Assembly: GCA_030141605.1 (NCBI GenBank)
Contig: JAQGDQ010000509.1
Coordinates: forward strand, 62,001-126,000
Reading direction: 5' to 3'
Source of the DNA: Tubiluchus corallicola
Lineage: Eukaryota; Animalia; Priapulida
Length of the DNA stretch: 64,000 nucleotides
Positions 61,833 to 64,000 of the stretch are shown piece by piece. How positions within the stretch are numbered: position 1 is the first letter of the stretch; every line of letters starts with the position of its first letter. The position numbers were made by a program, and so were the translations under genes. The notes beneath the pieces are model-generated. The model was not told the DNA's origin, did not search any database, and saw only the letters and a program-made list of their open reading frames with translations.

Positions 61833-62825
61833 TCAGGTCTTTGTAAATAAACCACAACTCGCTTTGTGCATATTAAGATTAGCCTGCTGTCTGAAAGCCT
61901 TGCGACAGATATCACAATGGAACGGCTTTTCGCCTGTATGAATCCTTATATGGTTTATCAGATGATCTTTGCGATGAAAAGATCTGCCACAGAAGCTACA
62001 GGTATACGGTTTGATTCCAGTGTGAGTTTTCTCATGCATGTTGACATGTGACTTTGTGCCGAATGTTTTGCTGCAAACTTTGCACTGATATCGGAGTTTC
62101 TGTATGCCTTGTTTCATTTCACTTGCTTTAGCTGGTCTAGAAGGACTAAAATGTTTGTCAGGTAAAGCAAATGCAGTTGTAACTGAACAAAGCACTGGTT
62201 GAGACATAACAATACGTTCTGGTGATTTGGAATATTTGGTTAAGCTGCCAGTTACATTTATATGCTTATTCATTAGATGCTCACTTTCAACAAAACTTTT
62301 TTGAAAAGTTTTAGGTGGTGACTCCTCAATTACATAAAAATTAATTTTTTCATCATCTGACAATTGGCTAACTCGTACTACTTGACTGCCACCAAGTTCT
62401 GATGTATTATTAGTACTACAACTGCTTATATTTGTACCAGCTTCACAAATTTCTGAGACCACTTCTTGGAGCAGAATCAAAGAAGACTCCTTGTTGGCAC
62501 CTGTATCCGATTCTTCAGTATCACAGGCATCTGATGATAGTTTTTCCACTTTTGTAATGTCTGCATGACTGCCTGCACATAACAGCAGTTTACAATGATG
62601 TTGTCTTATGTGCACTAAAAACCCTTCTAAGCAAGAAAAACATGCACAACAGCTTGTGCACCTATAATTTACTTCTGTTGTCTCAGCCTCTTCAGCAGTA
62701 TTAAATCCTTCTGTGAGAAGCACCGTGTGATGATAAGTATGTGCATGCTCAAAAAAGGTATTTTCTTCCATAAATGACTGGCTGCAGGTGGTGCACTTAT
62801 AGTAAACAACCTGGTCAAATTCCAT
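61833..62825 (-). CDS. C2H2 zinc-finger protein
   Basis: Acceptor tttatgtttag at 62835, then ATG at 62825 (MEFDQVVYYKC). Two spaced N-terminal fingers and three C-terminal fingers with HTGIKPY/HTGEKPF linkers; the last finger is C2HC. An upstream exon is likely. Confidence 0.88.
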   Translation of the reverse strand: MEFDQVVYYKCTTCSQSFMEENTFFEHAHTYHHTVLLTEGFNTAEEAETTEVNYRCTSCCACFSCLEGFLVHIRQHHCKLLLCAGSHADITKVEKLSSDACDTEESDTGANKESSLILLQEVVSEICEAGTNISSCSTNNTSELGGSQVVRVSQLSDDEKINFYVIEESPPKTFQKSFVESEHLMNKHINVTGSLTKYSKSPERIVMSQPVLCSVTTAFALPDKHFSPSRPAKASEMKQGIQKLRYQCKVCSKTFGTKSHVNMHEKTHTGIKPYTCSFCGRSFHRKDHLINHIRIHTGEKPFHCDICRKAFRQQANLNMHKASCGLFTKT

Positions 62826-63078
62826 TACTGAAGACCTAAACATAAACAGCACGTAATAAAGTGTCAAAGGGCTTTAATAGATCCTTGAGCTTTACAAACA
62901 AACCAAAAACAAATAGAATATATTTTAAGTATAATCAAAATAAAAAAAGTAAAAAAATTATAAATACGTATAAAGAGTTCACAGCAAACAAATAAATAAA
63001 CAAATAGAAATAGCCTAACAGTTATTTATAGTGATGATCTTTTACTTTTGTTCCATGCTTGAAACTTTGGGTCATAGG

Positions 63079-63426
63079 CAGGGCTCGATTATCCTATAGA
63101 CTATTACCTAGGACAACTCAAGCTTTGGTAATAATTGGTAAAAAATCTGTTTTCACTATGGCTGTGTTGAAATATGTGCTGGTTTGCAATAAATAGTAAA
63201 ATAGCAGCATTTCTTAAAGAATACTTTTTATTGACAAACAAGATATAGCTATTCTAGTTTATTTAAATAATTTGCAATAAGATTACTTCAAGCTATATAA
63301 ATGTGGCTTAAATATTCCACGAGTAAAAAATATGCAAGACGAGTGAGTTAAATGGTGGCTCCGTTTTGAAGGGTGACCCACAATTTCATTAGCCTAGAGG
63401 TCCGAAAAGATCACAAGTCAGCCCTG
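63079..63426. mobile_element. hAT-type MITE
   Basis: Termini cagggct / agccctg, with an exact 8-bp TSD gtcatagg at 63071-63078 and 63427-63434. Confidence 0.88.
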
Positions 63427-64000
63427 GTCATAGGCAAAAGTAAGCAACCAAAATGTTTCAAAAACATTATAAAGTGAGTTTGCTTTGTTTATTTTTTCAA
63501 CACACTTGACCTAACTTGTTTTTCTGGAGTAGTTGAAAAACTTTAACAACTTTTATTTTATTTTTTGTTCGTTTTTCACTTATGTCTTATGATTTTGAGT
63601 GTGTTCAAAATGATAGCAAACTACTGATTAAATTACTTCCAGTTATTCTGGTAATACTAATGCAATGGTGCTTTTTCATAAATAGGAGAGAGAAATTTGA
63701 GACATTTCAATAAAACAAAATTAAACCAAATTTATTTTTCTCTTTGATAATTTATAATTATTAAAAAGCAACTAAAAATAGTTAGTGCATAGCTGCTCAA
63801 ACAGATCTCGTGTGAGCGCACCTGTGAAATATGCTATATATATATATATATAATTTAATGCAGTTAAATAAAAAACTCAGATTAAAAATATCTGCATATC
63901 AGCATTTTGGACCAGGACGAACCCTTTACAATTTGTAAAGAATTTTGCACACTTTCCAATGTCTCAAAAATATGAATTTATTTCCAATCAGCTATTCGGT

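Overview
AT-rich, intron-rich animal (probably invertebrate) genomic DNA; no prokaryotic features. Five host genes were reconstructed exon by exon. In order they are: the 3' part of TCP1/CCT-alpha (+, 157-5594); a TOX3/4-like HMG-box gene (+, 11507-20171); the Pol II CTD phosphatase CTDP1/FCP1 (-, 22338 to about 33878, convergent with TOX); an integrin beta subunit (-, 42330 to about 57818); and a C2H2 zinc-finger gene (-, 61833-62825). Between CTDP1 and the integrin lies a young CR1/L2-group LINE. Its ORF1 is an SGNH esterase. Its uninterrupted ORF2 has APE and RT domains preceded by a Cys4 segment resembling half a FYVE finger and by a variant 2A 'StopGo' motif (GCTETNPG/P); this is the most unusual system seen. 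Other notable items: a probable U12-type intron in TCP1 and a candidate one in the integrin; a minisatellite-derived candidate alternative N-terminal exon of TOX; two oppositely oriented Tigger-like elements bracketing four TOX exons; a fully paired intronic hairpin in TCP1; and many pogo/Tigger and hAT MITEs, LINE relics and tandem repeats. All calls come from manual reading; no searches or alignments were run.
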